DNA of 58,725 nt, taken from a virus (taxonomy: Duplodnaviria > Caudoviricetes). Shown piece by piece: positions 27,856-39,228 of this stretch (positions are counted from its first letter, which is position 1; the number at the start of each line of letters is the position of its first letter). The stretch covers positions 1 to 58,725 of the IMG/VR virus record IMGVR_UViG_3300048672_000976. One strand, 5' to 3'. Made by a program: the position numbers and the translations under genes. The notes beneath the pieces were generated by a model, which ran no database searches, was not told the DNA's origin, and was given only the letters and a program-made list of their open reading frames with translations.

Positions 27856-30340
27856 ATCCTGATGATGATGGTGTTACAGTAATTGTTGGGGTTACAGTTC
27901 TAGTTGGTGTATATGTTGGAGTTGGTGTTGGTGATTTAAATGGTGTTGAGGTTACACTTGGTGTTGGGCTTGGTGATTTAGTAATTGATGGTGTAACCGT
28001 TCTGGTTGGTGTTATTGATGGCGTAACCGTTCTGGTTGGTGTAACCGTCATTGTTGGTGTTGGTGATTTAAATGGTGTTGTTGTTACACTTGGTGTTACT
28101 GTTCTTGTCGGTGTATGTGTTGGAGTTACTGTTGGAGTTGCTGTTACTCCGCCTGTAACTTCAATATAACCTTCAACTATACAATCAATATCAACTAACG
28201 ATGTTGATGTAACAGTTGGTGTTACTGTTGTTGTTGGGGTTGGGGTAACCGTATTTGTTGGCGTTAATGTTGGTGTAGGGGTTGGTGATTTAAATGGTGT
28301 TGTTGTTGGGGTTAATGTTGGTGTAGGGGTTGGGGTTGGGCTAATAGTATTTATACAGTAAACAATAAATGACCATAATGTTTCAATTTCACTACTAGGT
28401 GTTACAACAATTTTAACTGTGTTTGCCGAACCATCTATTGTATATGTTTTACGTTTTAAATCAGTATTTCCGTCATTATCATTAATTGATTCTAACAATG
28501 TTGTTGTTGGGTAATATACATCAAAAGTATCACCTAATTGATTACTTTCATAATCAAAAACTAATGACCCAGCAACATAATCTACCGGTATTAGGAAAAC
28601 TAACGGACTTGCCGAATAACCACCATTAATTCTCATACCGCAAGTATATACTGGTGTTGCTGTTATTGAAGGTGTGACCGTTCTTGTTGGCGTTATAGTT
28701 GGTGTTAACGATATTGATGGTGTTATAGTTGGTGTAGGTGTTGGTGTTGGTGTTTTTGTTGCTAATGGTGTAACTGTTAATAAACAAGACACAATAAATG
28801 ACCATAATGTTTCAACACTATTATTACTTATTACGGTTACGTTAATTATATTACTACTACCATCAACATTAAAAGTTATTGAACTAGGTGATGTTCCTGT
28901 AATATAACCACCAGATAAAACCTCATTATTATATGATACGATGAAAACATCACTTAATGTATTCCCAGTATAACTGAAACTGAACGTACCTTCCCTTTTA
29001 CTAATTGGAATATTGTAGCTTAATGGTGTCTCTGAATATCCTCCACTAATTGTTTCATAACATGACAATTCTATATTCGTTGGTGTAACTGTGTTTGTTG
29101 GTGTTACTGTCATTGTTGGCGTTAATGTTGAGGTTGGGGTAATCGTTGGGGTTACTGTTGAGGTTGGTGTACTCGTTGGTGTTATCGTGTTTGTTGGTGT
29201 TATACTTGGAGTTGGGGTAGGTGTAGTATAAAGTGATGGTGTTACACTTGGTGTTATTGTATTTGTTGGTGTTGGAGTTGTGGTAACTGTGTTTGTTGGC
29301 GTAACAGTACTAGTTGGTGTTATACTTGGTGTTGGGGTAACTGTGTTTGTTGGTGTTACCGTACTAGTTGGTGTTATACTTGGAGTTGGGGTAGGTGTAG
29401 TATAAAGTGATGGTGTTACACTTGGTGTAGGGGTTGGTTCAACAATTGCAGCTTCAATATCAAACCCACATAATATTGTCGGTGTAATGCTTGGCGTTGG
29501 TGTTAATGTTGGTGTAATGCTTGGTGTTAATGTTGGTGTAGGGGTTAATGTTGCCGTAATGCTTGGTGTTGGTCTTGGCGTTCTTGTTGGTGTTACTGTT
29601 TTTGTTGGCGTTGGTGTTACTGTTTTTGTTGGCGTTATACTTGGGGTTACTGTTGGTGTTACTGTTTTTGTTGGCGTTATACTTGGGGTTGGGGTTGGTG
29701 TTGGGAATAACGTACAATCAATCATTATTGATTTAATTAATACACTATTGGTCCATGGTGCATCTAAGGTGATTTTTATGTTTTTTAAACCATTTGTTGC
29801 ATATGTTTTTGTTGCTTTATAACAATCAACTGTTTGACATAACCCATAAACACCGATAGGTGATGTTGTTCCATCACCCCAATCAACGGTAAATGTTATA
29901 TCACCTAAGCCTCTTAATTTCTTTAAATTTGTTGTGTTAGTAACTATTACACTATTACAATCTATTTCATATGTAAAATTAACATCATTTTCAGTTCCTA
30001 TATTACCATCAAACCCCACCATTTCACCAAATTCATCAATTTTTGATTCTAAAAAAATAGGTATTTGGTAGTCATCATATATTACTGAGTTTATTTGTGA
30101 AGTTGAGCCGGTAATACTATTCCATATATTACCAATTGGTGTTGCCCATTTATAATAACCTTTATTAATATATTCATCGGAATTATTATATACTGTGGTA
30201 CCTGTGGTAACATTTGGATTAATTAGATCTACCCAATCAACTAAATTATCTTCACCATCAATCCATGTTTGGCCACTTAATGATAATAATTTAACATTTG
30301 GTATATTTTTACGTCTAATTGTATATTTTAACTTCTTCAT
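26276..30340 (-). CDS. PKD-domain, Thr/Pro-stalked fibre protein (1354 aa)
   Basis: [12 protein letters not shown]/Ig-like signature, TP stalks, two copies of a C...[10 protein letters not shown] domain, and the duplicated C-terminal head. Confidence 0.65.
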   Translation of the reverse strand: MKKLKYTIRRKNIPNVKLLSLSGQTWIDGEDNLVDWVDLINPNVTTGTTVYNNSDEYINKGYYKWATPIGNIWNSITGSTSQINSVIYDDYQIPIFLESKIDEFGEMVGFDGNIGTENDVNFTYEIDCNSVIVTNTTNLKKLRGLGDITFTVDWGDGTTSPIGVYGLCQTVDCYKATKTYATNGLKNIKITLDAPWTNSVLIKSIMIDCTLFPTPTPTPSITPTKTVTPTVTPSITPTKTVTPTPTKTVTPTRTPRPTPSITATLTPTPTLTPSITPTLTPTPSITPTILCGFDIEAAIVEPTPTPSVTPSLYTTPTPTPSITPTSTVTPTNTVTPTPSITPTSTVTPTNTVTTTPTPTNTITPSVTPSLYTTPTPTPSITPTNTITPTSTPTSTVTPTITPTSTLTPTMTVTPTNTVTPTNIELSCYETISGGYSETPLSYNIPISKREGTFSFSYTGNTLSDVFIVSYNNEVLSGGYITGTSPSSITFNVDGSSNIINVTVISNNSVETLWSFIVSCLLTVTPLATKTPTPTPTPTITPSISLTPTITPTRTVTPSITATPVYTCGMRINGGYSASPLVFLIPVDYVAGSLVFDYESNQLGDTFDVYYPTTTLLESINDNDGNTDLKRKTYTIDGSANTVKIVVTPSSEIETLWSFIVYCINTISPTPTPTPTLTPTTTPFKSPTPTPTLTPTNTVTPTPTTTVTPTVTSTSLVDIDCIVEGYIEVTGGVTATPTVTPTHTPTRTVTPSVTTTPFKSPTPTMTVTPTRTVTPSITPTRTVTPSITKSPSPTPSVTSTPFKSPTPTPTYTPTRTVTPTITVTPSSSGLQLYGVSNMVYTSYWYFTNNTGTLNYYNDLTELYNYIIPEASMVSNVIETVKVDTSNGLVIGSKIYNENAGHFNITGYMLYFNLGIPKYVKIISGTVTEIGTLTAPSTGVIGTKILFPYYTTVFNDDGWGYLGDNGDFWYHKMNIESDGLTINYVFVNNNYDNEINTGGTFLYTQGDYIYTCRPYFTINRLNKIYGLPNGYIIPDMFRGSLIELVISIEPIEYPTPSVLDEAYQLRIRNIITTFNASFQILIGIEPTVVPIITPTPTPVTLDCQDIEVAFEPYDNNDQNNFNSWWLGWQGYSYGSDYWTYLNIINSYNSPISDGISAFRFYGQYGVTYPSLNVNGGTNNRSGKVDINGVKYITIDLPTHSITYHGSEKSKVYMKLVEFENNTEGRVVWELCDTKGGFGYTSDYGPLRDNNHPDNANRYVKMMKYKLIYQNNSNTSIVNQQLQFNKTGSEVNLLKYMNGTIIPDEDLIINGGIPKYYNIYDNDVHEFIIDMTEEFYDSLSGSYSNFKMNCNFYNKYN

Positions 30341-30346
30341 TAATAA

Positions 30347-31159
30347 TTACGATGCTCTTGTTTCATAAAATTTTATTGGGTTATTATTATCTTTTCCTAC
30401 TCTATCCCCTGTGGTACCATCATATTTATAATATTCATATGAATGATTATTTTTATTTAATACAACTTTATAATACATATCTTGTTGTTCAATAATTTCT
30501 TTATTAACTGTTAACCCTGATGTTGTAAAATCGGCTATTGTACCATCTTTAGCATTAAAAAATTTTGCGGTAACAAAAAACACATTACTATCTAATGATG
30601 TACCACTCAAAACAGTATCATCTTGAAACCAAAAAAGATAAATCAATTCTTTGTTTTTATAATTGGTACCATTAAACACCGGAATAAAAATATTTTGCAT
30701 TAGTGTATTATAAAAAAATTTTTCACCCATTGGTATGTATATATTTTTTGAAAAAACTAATTTACGATTTATACGTGTTGGCGGTTCATCATTTGGTGTT
30801 TTAAAAAATTCTAACTTAAAAAAACTTTCTGTTGTTTGTTTTAACATTCTTGAATTTTCTTTTGGTGTTATACCAACTAAACTATAATCTAAACCATTTG
30901 AATAGTTACCGTTATTATCAATAAAATAAAATTTAAACCAAATATCCGATTGTAAATCATTTGTATTATTTGTTAAACCACTATATGGCGTATGAATATA
31001 TCTAATTGTTTCATAATTCTTAATTGGGTCAATGATAGTTTCTAAAATTTCATCTTCAAACTGTTTCATATTTTCATCCCACCCTAAATTAGTTAAAAAT
31101 GTTTGTTCTTGATTTAAAACTATATTATAACTTTCATTCTTTTTCTTTAATATCTCCAT
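30347..31159 (-). CDS. Putative virion structural protein
   Basis: Located in the baseplate operon; aromatic beta-rich (SFFKLEFFKTP, FFVTAKFFNAKDG). Confidence 0.55.
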   Translation of the reverse strand: MEILKKKNESYNIVLNQEQTFLTNLGWDENMKQFEDEILETIIDPIKNYETIRYIHTPYSGLTNNTNDLQSDIWFKFYFIDNNGNYSNGLDYSLVGITPKENSRMLKQTTESFFKLEFFKTPNDEPPTRINRKLVFSKNIYIPMGEKFFYNTLMQNIFIPVFNGTNYKNKELIYLFWFQDDTVLSGTSLDSNVFFVTAKFFNAKDGTIADFTTSGLTVNKEIIEQQDMYYKVVLNKNNHSYEYYKYDGTTGDRVGKDNNNPIKFYETRAS

Positions 31160-31160
31160 T

Positions 31161-32927
31161 TTAACAGAATTTTATACCGGTGAATATATTATTAAAATTA
31201 TTTATACCATCTTTTTTATTTATTGAATCAACTTCATTTCTTAAATAAAAATTAATATTTGATTTTACGTAATGTATATTATTTAAAAATGGGAAATTGG
31301 TCCCATTACCATCTGAATCCACATATCCATGGGGATATAAATCACGCCATTTCCAAATTTTATCAACTATATCATAATACGTATTATCCGGCAAATTATA
31401 AACCTCATTTGTGTCTGAACTTTCAATATATGGCGATAATTCTCGTATTTTTATCCGATAATGTGGTTGATAAAATAAACCATATGGATTTGTAAGTGTG
31501 GCACCTGAAAAAAATAAACTATTTGTTTGTTGATGGTCAAAAATTTCATAATTACAAGTTATTTTATGAAAAGATTCACTAATTACCCTTTCTTTTAATT
31601 CTATTTTATTATATTCAACAAATGCACCATTTAAAACAGTACCTATTGGTATTGTGGTTCCACTAACAAAAGTTTTACCTGAGATTGTAAATGTTTCTCC
31701 ACTTAAACCATTTTCTATTGAGGTTTCATTATCAAAATAATTATCTATCCAAGTATCATGAAAATTAAATTTATAACCAACCTTTGGTGGGTAATTAAAA
31801 TAACCATTACCATTTCTAAAAATTGTGGTTAAATAAAGTTCGAATGGTGAGAAGCCTAAATTATTTGTTAATCCATTAATATTAATTGGGTTCTTAAAAT
31901 CAAATATTATATTCTCCATTCGATTTCTTTCAACAATAACATCATTATCACCTGAACTATTTTCTATGATTATCTTTTTTTCATCTTCAAAAATTGAACT
32001 TTCAAACCCAATATTATCCATTATATAATCATCAATATTTGTTAATGTTTTATGTTTATGTACATAATAATTTGAGATTGTATGTGATATATTATTTTTA
32101 TCCAAACATCTTTTTCCAAAAACCACACCTTCCAATACTTGATTAGGTTTAAATTGTGATTTATATAATTTAATTACATAACTTTTTGAGTTATATGTTT
32201 CATTCCCAACACCATCAATATAAAATGTATTATCATTTGTTTCTATTGAACCGTCTAATGTTCCACCAGATAATACAATATATTCACTTTCATTTATACC
32301 ATGTGGCACAGGGCTTATTAATGTATAGAATTTACCATCATCAATTACACGAAAAGGAATACCATCACTTGATGTAAATTGATATGACGTACCACCTGAT
32401 AACGTATATTCCATAGGGTAGTCTTCGTCTTTATCAAAAACATAGGTTAAATATAAATTCCAATTATGATATGGTGCCGTAATTGTTGTTATTGTTGTAT
32501 GTTTTCTCGAACCGACATATGTTATTGTTGGATTATATTCAACACCTAATGTTGTACCTGTTTGTGGTGTCCTTTTTTCACGATATAAATCCCTTCTAAG
32601 GAACGCAAATTCATTATATGGTAGATAACCTGAGAAATCGTTATTTGTGCCGTCACCATTCAAATATAACGTTTCTTCTAAGTTTGGGTATGTTGTTGTT
32701 CCACTAAACATGTTACGGAAAATCATTTTTAATTTTCCATAAATTTTATATTGTGTACTTTTGTTACGTTCAATATCATTTAACTCAGCAACATCAATAA
32801 TAATATTTTTATCGCCCTCTCTCAATAAAGATTGTGTGGTTTCTAAATTTAATTGTAATAATAATTCATCATCTTTAGCCCCTTTATATCTTTTATTTGG
32901 TAAAATTATTTCTTTTTTTTCTTCCAT
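31161..32927 (-). CDS. Putative virion structural protein
   Basis: Coupled to its neighbours; WKWRDLYPHGYVD...NFPFLNNIHY C-terminus; eight [ST]GxT motifs. Confidence 0.55.
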   Translation of the reverse strand: MEEKKEIILPNKRYKGAKDDELLLQLNLETTQSLLREGDKNIIIDVAELNDIERNKSTQYKIYGKLKMIFRNMFSGTTTYPNLEETLYLNGDGTNNDFSGYLPYNEFAFLRRDLYREKRTPQTGTTLGVEYNPTITYVGSRKHTTITTITAPYHNWNLYLTYVFDKDEDYPMEYTLSGGTSYQFTSSDGIPFRVIDDGKFYTLISPVPHGINESEYIVLSGGTLDGSIETNDNTFYIDGVGNETYNSKSYVIKLYKSQFKPNQVLEGVVFGKRCLDKNNISHTISNYYVHKHKTLTNIDDYIMDNIGFESSIFEDEKKIIIENSSGDNDVIVERNRMENIIFDFKNPININGLTNNLGFSPFELYLTTIFRNGNGYFNYPPKVGYKFNFHDTWIDNYFDNETSIENGLSGETFTISGKTFVSGTTIPIGTVLNGAFVEYNKIELKERVISESFHKITCNYEIFDHQQTNSLFFSGATLTNPYGLFYQPHYRIKIRELSPYIESSDTNEVYNLPDNTYYDIVDKIWKWRDLYPHGYVDSDGNGTNFPFLNNIHYVKSNINFYLRNEVDSINKKDGINNFNNIFTGIKFC

Positions 32928-35900
32928 TATTGTACTGATGTAAATGCACCTTTTGGGCCAAATTCTTTAATAAATTTATCTATTGCTGTTTTGCCAGGTC
33001 TTAAACCAAAATAAAATAAAAATGGCGTGGATAAAATTTGTTTTACACCATAATAATTACTTGTTGTTGGTGTAATTATATAATCCATATTAAATGACCA
33101 AGTTAATGATGACCAATTACCTGCTGACCCTATTCTAGTATATAATATACCATCCGTTGCACCTAATAAACTACCATCACCATTAGTTATGTATAAAAAT
33201 GTAAAACCTTCTTCTTGATTATCATAATTAAGATGGGTTCCATCAATAATATTTGTTAAATCACCATAACTATCTTTATTTAAGTATTCAACATCATATG
33301 TTAAACTAAATCGAGTATATGATGGCGTGTTTAATGTAATTGTTTGGCCTGTGTATGTTTTTGTCATCGGAAATAGCACATACGAATCACTTGTATTATC
33401 ATTGTATTTATACTCATATGACATACCTTGTAGTGGTTTTGAAAATGCAATATCATCATTCCTATAATCCCAAGATTGATTAACGCCACTTCCAAATCCC
33501 AAACCCTTTTTATTCCATAAATAAAAAGGCACTTCTTGTGAGGAATCAGTTAATCTGCCCGGTTCATTTAAACAAACCCTAACTCTATAACCATCGTCAT
33601 CATCTAGTTTTAATTGTAACGGTAATGGTCCATTTTCATTCCCATTTTCGGCTTTAAAAAAATCAGGATATGCTTCAGGATCCAATACCAAAGGATTGTA
33701 AACTGAATAATGTTTCTTTTGTAAATCAAAGCCATCAATACCCACCTCATTATTCATTGAGATTAGTTGTAATATATCACCATTTAGGATTGAATTTTTC
33801 ATTTTTGTTTGAATCACTTTATCGAAGCCGTGATTTTCAAAGAATGATTTTATAGTGGCATCAGTATTTAATGCATCCATCTTATAATTCACGTATAACC
33901 CTAACATTTCTTTAAAATCTTGATATGATGATGGACCAATATTACGTACAACAGAACAATTTGGGTCCAAACTTGGGTCAATACATATTTCTTTTATAAA
34001 TTCATCTCTAGGACCTAAATCAACCATGGTTGTTGGGTGACCTAATGTTGATCTGTATGATAAAAAATTATTATTTAAATAATATGTTGAACGATAATAA
34101 AATCTTTTATCTTTTACTTTATAATATACCAAATCTTTACAATATACCGTTCTAAGATGATTCAAATCCAAAGTTTCTTCGTTATCCCATCTTACTTTTG
34201 ACCAAAATGGGAAGAAATATAATGACCCTGAAAGCCAATTATCCATAAATGAATAATTCACAATACCTTCACAAAATAATTTACCAACAAGTTTTCTTCT
34301 TGCGTATTCTTTTATTGCTTTTCTATTTAAATCTCTATTTGTTTGACTTGTGGCCGGTATAATAGCAAACTTACCCTCTCTAAATTCAGAAAAACCTGAT
34401 TTCGTTGTGCACGTTTTACATGGATTATTTTTTGTTTTCGATATAACTTGACCTGCAACCAATTTACCACCAGAACAACCATAACCGTTTTGTAAATTAT
34501 TTATTGTTAATCCTGAATATTTTAGTCCAACCAACGTATCAACACAATATGTTTGAGAAACAATATCTTCATCATATACTGTCATATATTGTCCACAACC
34601 TGATGGCAACGAATCATTAATTGTCGATTCACCATCATCGGGTGTTGTTTCAATTATGTATGGTTGTTCAACATCAACCACCTCATATTCAACTCGATTT
34701 CTTAGTTTTTCGGGTTCATTTGGGTCAAAATTATAATCAATTATATAATAATATGTTACACCACTATAATAATATGGATAAACATTCATTAATTCACCAT
34801 CACCAACACCATCTAATCGAACAATATATCTTAATGGATTAACATTAATATTATTTATCATTTGGTCAAATGTTACTGTACTTAATGTTGTAGCAACAGG
34901 TTGCGGATTTATATTTGTTGGAACGGTAATATATAATTTATGATATTCGGGGTAATCGTCAACAATTCCTCTAGGTAAATAATGTTTATCCGACCATATT
35001 ACACCAGAACTTACTAATTTATATTTTTCTGTTAGGTCTATTATTCTAGTGTCTGGCGTTGATTCTGTTATATTATCATCACCATTTTCATTATTACATT
35101 GTTCACATTCAGGATATGTTATTAATCCCAAATGTAATGTTCCGAATCGTTGTAATGGTTCTATAACTAATCTATCAACATCTAAAACAACATTTCTTTT
35201 TTTCTCTTCATCAACATTAAATGGCCAATAATGAAAAATCACATTATTGAAAACAGAAATTTTTATTTCCCAATTATATAATGCTTGGAATGGTATTATT
35301 AAAATCTGTATTGCACTAATAAATGCTGTATATGTTATTCTTTCAAATATATTAATCGTTGTTGCTAATATTATTGCGAATGTTATATTTTGAATACCCC
35401 AATTAACTGGTGGTGTTAATACTGAATTTTCACAATCGTCTTCTGTTTTTGGTGATAACTCTTTTAACCCTAAAAAAGTGTCTTTTCTTATTCCTTTATC
35501 ACTAAAATATGAACCCATAAAAGATGATAAAGTATAAACTTTATTATAAGTTAATCTAAAAAAATAATCTTTAGGGTAATATGAACCATTTATATTATTA
35601 AAAATAACTGTATTATTTATTGCACTATTTGGATATTCATTCCAATCTAACGAAAATGTGTATGATTTATCAATTTCATTTTCGTTTATTCCATATTCTC
35701 TAATATTTGGAACCAAGTATGAGCCCAATGTACGTTTACCGTTATTTAACGTATCATTTAATGTAACCCTAAAACGATAACATGCCGATGTTGGAATACC
35801 TTTATTTGGGTCATTTGTAACTTCATTTTCACCATATTCATTTGTAAAAACATATTCCATATTCATAGGAACAGGAAACACAAACGAACCATCTTCATCA

Positions 35901-36850
35901 ATATCCTCATTTAATTCATATATTTCAAGTATAGGTCTATTATTTGAATCCATTTGATTTGTAAATCGTATAGCTTCAATTTTTGCTGTGCCGGTTGTTA
36001 ACGTACATTTCTTACCCATGGTATTACTTGGTTGACAATCGCCACTAACGCCTTTTTTTGCTGAATCTGTATAAACCGAACCAATAAAATACGCCATTGG
36101 TTCTATTTTAAAACCTTCATTTGCTAAATCAAAATCAACTCTTGAAATCCCGATTTCACATATATCCTGACTACCCCAAAATGGGTAAACTGTGATTGTT
36201 TTGTTAATTGAAATAATTTGAGGTAATGCATCTAAATCATTTGAACTTTTAAATTGATACGTTGTTTTAAAATTATCAACACTATCGCCTTTTCTAATAA
36301 AATCATTTGGTCTTAATGAAAAACACCCAATGTCTGATAAATCAATATCAACATGTACTGTTTGTTCACCTAAAGGTACACCCCATATCATAAAATCACC
36401 TGATTCGTTTGTTTTGACGGTGAATGTATAATATTTTTCAAATACTTCAAGTATTTCTTCTCTATTTAAGATATCTAATTGATCAGGAAAAGTTCCTGTG
36501 GGTTCATGACCACCATGTTGTTTACGTGAAGGTAATAAATTATAACGATAATTATTATCGTTCTTATCATCTATTGATTTATATGGATATAATGCTGAAA
36601 TAACAGGATCTTCACTATCTTCATCTGATAATGGTATAAATATTGATACCTTTGCATTTGGGATACCCAAGCCATTATTTGCACTAATTCTACCACAAAC
36701 AACGCCGTAGTCGGCACATAATGATGTGTAAACATCTTGTTGTGTAAATTTTAATGAAAGTATTTCAAGAAAATCGTAACTTTGATTTAACTCAACAATT
36801 ACTTTATTATCTTCACCTATATTTGTTGATATTCTATGTTTCTGGATCAT
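32927..36850 (-). CDS. Large virion/baseplate-associated protein with N-terminal carboxypeptidase-regulatory-like beta domain
   Basis: GVVCGRISANNGLGIPNAKVSIF...VKTNESGDFMIWGVPLG; follows the gp6-like gene. Confidence 0.55.
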   Translation of the reverse strand: MIQKHRISTNIGEDNKVIVELNQSYDFLEILSLKFTQQDVYTSLCADYGVVCGRISANNGLGIPNAKVSIFIPLSDEDSEDPVISALYPYKSIDDKNDNNYRYNLLPSRKQHGGHEPTGTFPDQLDILNREEILEVFEKYYTFTVKTNESGDFMIWGVPLGEQTVHVDIDLSDIGCFSLRPNDFIRKGDSVDNFKTTYQFKSSNDLDALPQIISINKTITVYPFWGSQDICEIGISRVDFDLANEGFKIEPMAYFIGSVYTDSAKKGVSGDCQPSNTMGKKCTLTTGTAKIEAIRFTNQMDSNNRPILEIYELNEDIDEDGSFVFPVPMNMEYVFTNEYGENEVTNDPNKGIPTSACYRFRVTLNDTLNNGKRTLGSYLVPNIREYGINENEIDKSYTFSLDWNEYPNSAINNTVIFNNINGSYYPKDYFFRLTYNKVYTLSSFMGSYFSDKGIRKDTFLGLKELSPKTEDDCENSVLTPPVNWGIQNITFAIILATTINIFERITYTAFISAIQILIIPFQALYNWEIKISVFNNVIFHYWPFNVDEEKKRNVVLDVDRLVIEPLQRFGTLHLGLITYPECEQCNNENGDDNITESTPDTRIIDLTEKYKLVSSGVIWSDKHYLPRGIVDDYPEYHKLYITVPTNINPQPVATTLSTVTFDQMINNINVNPLRYIVRLDGVGDGELMNVYPYYYSGVTYYYIIDYNFDPNEPEKLRNRVEYEVVDVEQPYIIETTPDDGESTINDSLPSGCGQYMTVYDEDIVSQTYCVDTLVGLKYSGLTINNLQNGYGCSGGKLVAGQVISKTKNNPCKTCTTKSGFSEFREGKFAIIPATSQTNRDLNRKAIKEYARRKLVGKLFCEGIVNYSFMDNWLSGSLYFFPFWSKVRWDNEETLDLNHLRTVYCKDLVYYKVKDKRFYYRSTYYLNNNFLSYRSTLGHPTTMVDLGPRDEFIKEICIDPSLDPNCSVVRNIGPSSYQDFKEMLGLYVNYKMDALNTDATIKSFFENHGFDKVIQTKMKNSILNGDILQLISMNNEVGIDGFDLQKKHYSVYNPLVLDPEAYPDFFKAENGNENGPLPLQLKLDDDDGYRVRVCLNEPGRLTDSSQEVPFYLWNKKGLGFGSGVNQSWDYRNDDIAFSKPLQGMSYEYKYNDNTSDSYVLFPMTKTYTGQTITLNTPSYTRFSLTYDVEYLNKDSYGDLTNIIDGTHLNYDNQEEGFTFLYITNGDGSLLGATDGILYTRIGSAGNWSSLTWSFNMDYIITPTTSNYYGVKQILSTPFLFYFGLRPGKTAIDKFIKEFGPKGAFTSVQ

Positions 36851-36904
36851 ATTATAATAAATAGATATCTTGCGATTTTCTTATTATAATAACGAAAAAA
36901 CTTT

Positions 36905-38737
36905 TTAATATGTAGTCGTCCTAAATGTTTTTGTACGTATTCGCACGTCAGTATTTGGAAATCTAATTTGAAATATTTGGTTTGATTTCATAAATATAGT
37001 TTTATCAATTTGTTGTATTTCTTTGGTGATAGGATCTTTATATGTTTGTGAAACTTCAGATGAGGAATAATTACCACCTGTTTTACCAAAAACACGCACA
37101 TCAACAACATTAATAACACCATTAATATTACCGATTACTTTCGTTAAATCACCTACAAACAATGGGTCACCCATTTTATGATTTTCAACTTTAAAAAATC
37201 CATTAATACCCTCGATTGTTGTTTTAATAACATCAGTAGCATTAACATTTTTATTAATTACTAAATCAACCTCTAAACCTAAATCAATAACTTCACCTGT
37301 TGTAATATCAATATAATCATTAATCATTCTATATTCAGATAAATAATTTATAATATTGTTTTTTAATGTATTTGAAACCACATCAATCAAATTACCATTA
37401 TTATCATATGATAATAATTTAATTTTGATTTTATTATCTTCTTCCATAACATTAACCTTTGCTGGTGCACCAAAAGTTGCCGGCATTGTTTGTATTAATG
37501 ACATATAATCATTTAAAGTTACGGCCCTATTTTGTGCTGCAAAATTATAGGATATCATATTTCTAACTTCATCAATTGATGGTTGATCAGCACCGCCAAT
37601 TGCCGGTGTTATATTTGTTACTTTTAATGACTGAGAAACTTGAGTGTTAATCGTCGATATTGGTCCATTTATGTTGAAATCAGCATTATCTATTGATGTT
37701 ATTACATTTACACCTAAATTAGAGTTTTTTCCACCACCAATTCTATATTTTACAAATAAAGTTGTACCGGCTTTAGGTATTGAACCCAACGAAAGATTAT
37801 TTAGATACGATGATAAATTTACTTTTAAATTACCTGTCATATATTCATCCAAATTATCTAAAGGATCTACGGTTCCTGACCCAAATGTTAATGAAAAATA
37901 ATTTTCAGGTGTATATTCTGTAATAAATTTATTTTTTATCTCAATATATTTACCTGATTTAAAATTATCTCTATCCGAAACTGATGTTGGATCAGGTATA
38001 AAAATTTTATCTTGCATTAAACTTTTTACTTCATACCACTTATAAATTGAATTTTCAAATTCAGTTGATGATGGATTTGAACCTATGTTGGTACCTTCTT
38101 TATGTATAACAGAGACAACACCCAATACATCTTGTTCAGGTAAATAAATCTTTAAAAATGGTTTTTGGTCTAATTCTGTAATTACTTTCCTAAAAATACG
38201 TGATACACCATTTGCAACAGCATCTCTTTTAATTATTGTATATGATATTAAGGTATTATTTGTATCAAAATTTGGTATTTTTAGTCGATTAGGTTCACCT
38301 TTACTGTTAAATGGGCTTAAAAAGTCAATATCTTCAATTGTTTCAAATATTTGACCACCGCCAGATATTTGTACTCCCGACTTTAATACTCCTAAATATC
38401 GTTCATCTTCTTTATCACCACGTACAGGCACATTTATTGAAAAATCGCATAATGCTACTGAAGGTTTATTACCAGGTATTTTTAATCCATATGTTTTTGC
38501 TATATGATATAGTGATTGTCTTTGTTGTGCAAAATCCAACATCGTTTCTTGCCAAACTCTATCAATATGATAATGTAAATTATCTGCTACTGCCGCATTT
38601 AAATCTAATAAAACAGAGAAAATTGAGGCATCGTTAGTATTTTTTATTAAATCAGGATAATATTCTTTAGTTAAAGTAACTAATTCTTGTCTTAGGCCAA
38701 CAAAATCCCTAACTGCATATGATATTTTTTTTGCCAT
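36905..38737 (-). CDS. Baseplate wedge protein (T4 gp6 / baseplate J-like)
   Basis: RDFVGLRQEL, QETMLDFAQQRQS, YRIGGG.NSN, AIGGAD, FAAQNRAVTLNDY motifs. Confidence 0.85.
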   Translation of the reverse strand: MAKKISYAVRDFVGLRQELVTLTKEYYPDLIKNTNDASIFSVLLDLNAAVADNLHYHIDRVWQETMLDFAQQRQSLYHIAKTYGLKIPGNKPSVALCDFSINVPVRGDKEDERYLGVLKSGVQISGGGQIFETIEDIDFLSPFNSKGEPNRLKIPNFDTNNTLISYTIIKRDAVANGVSRIFRKVITELDQKPFLKIYLPEQDVLGVVSVIHKEGTNIGSNPSSTEFENSIYKWYEVKSLMQDKIFIPDPTSVSDRDNFKSGKYIEIKNKFITEYTPENYFSLTFGSGTVDPLDNLDEYMTGNLKVNLSSYLNNLSLGSIPKAGTTLFVKYRIGGGKNSNLGVNVITSIDNADFNINGPISTINTQVSQSLKVTNITPAIGGADQPSIDEVRNMISYNFAAQNRAVTLNDYMSLIQTMPATFGAPAKVNVMEEDNKIKIKLLSYDNNGNLIDVVSNTLKNNIINYLSEYRMINDYIDITTGEVIDLGLEVDLVINKNVNATDVIKTTIEGINGFFKVENHKMGDPLFVGDLTKVIGNINGVINVVDVRVFGKTGGNYSSSEVSQTYKDPITKEIQQIDKTIFMKSNQIFQIRFPNTDVRIRTKTFRTTTY

Positions 38738-38738
38738 T

Positions 38739-39191
38739 TTAAATGTTGATAATTATAAAATCCGAAGACGTAAATGCTCCGTTATTAACTGTATATTCTA
38801 TTTTTACTTTTGCTGTATGGGGTTTAGTTGAATAATCTGATACTTTAAATAGTCTTTCGTCTTCCATCTGATTAAAAGAACGATATGTCTCATTATCATC
38901 TTCAGCCGAACTAACCTCAATTTTTGTAATATCTAAATTTGGAATGTATTTTTTTACACTTTCTCTAATTTCATCTTCAATTAAATTAAATGTTACCATA
39001 TCATTTTGATCAAAAATAAATTGATACAATCGTGTACCAAAATCAGGTAAGTAATATCTACTACCTCTTTTTGTTAATAATAGATGTATTAGGTTTGCTC
39101 TAATTTCTTTTTCAGGTGTTGGGGTCATTTTCAAAAAACTACCCTCATTACTTTCCATAAAAGGAAAATCAATACCATATTTAATTCCCAT
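38739..39191 (-). CDS. Baseplate wedge gp25/gpW-like protein
   Basis: YGIDFPF, IRANLIHLLLTKRGSRYYLPDFGTRLYQFIFD. Start placed at MGIKYG (39191). Confidence 0.88.
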   Translation of the reverse strand: MGIKYGIDFPFMESNEGSFLKMTPTPEKEIRANLIHLLLTKRGSRYYLPDFGTRLYQFIFDQNDMVTFNLIEDEIRESVKKYIPNLDITKIEVSSAEDDNETYRSFNQMEDERLFKVSDYSTKPHTAKVKIEYTVNNGAFTSSDFIIINI

Positions 39192-39228
39192 ATAAATAAA
39201 TATAATGAAAATCAAAATGATAATAAAT

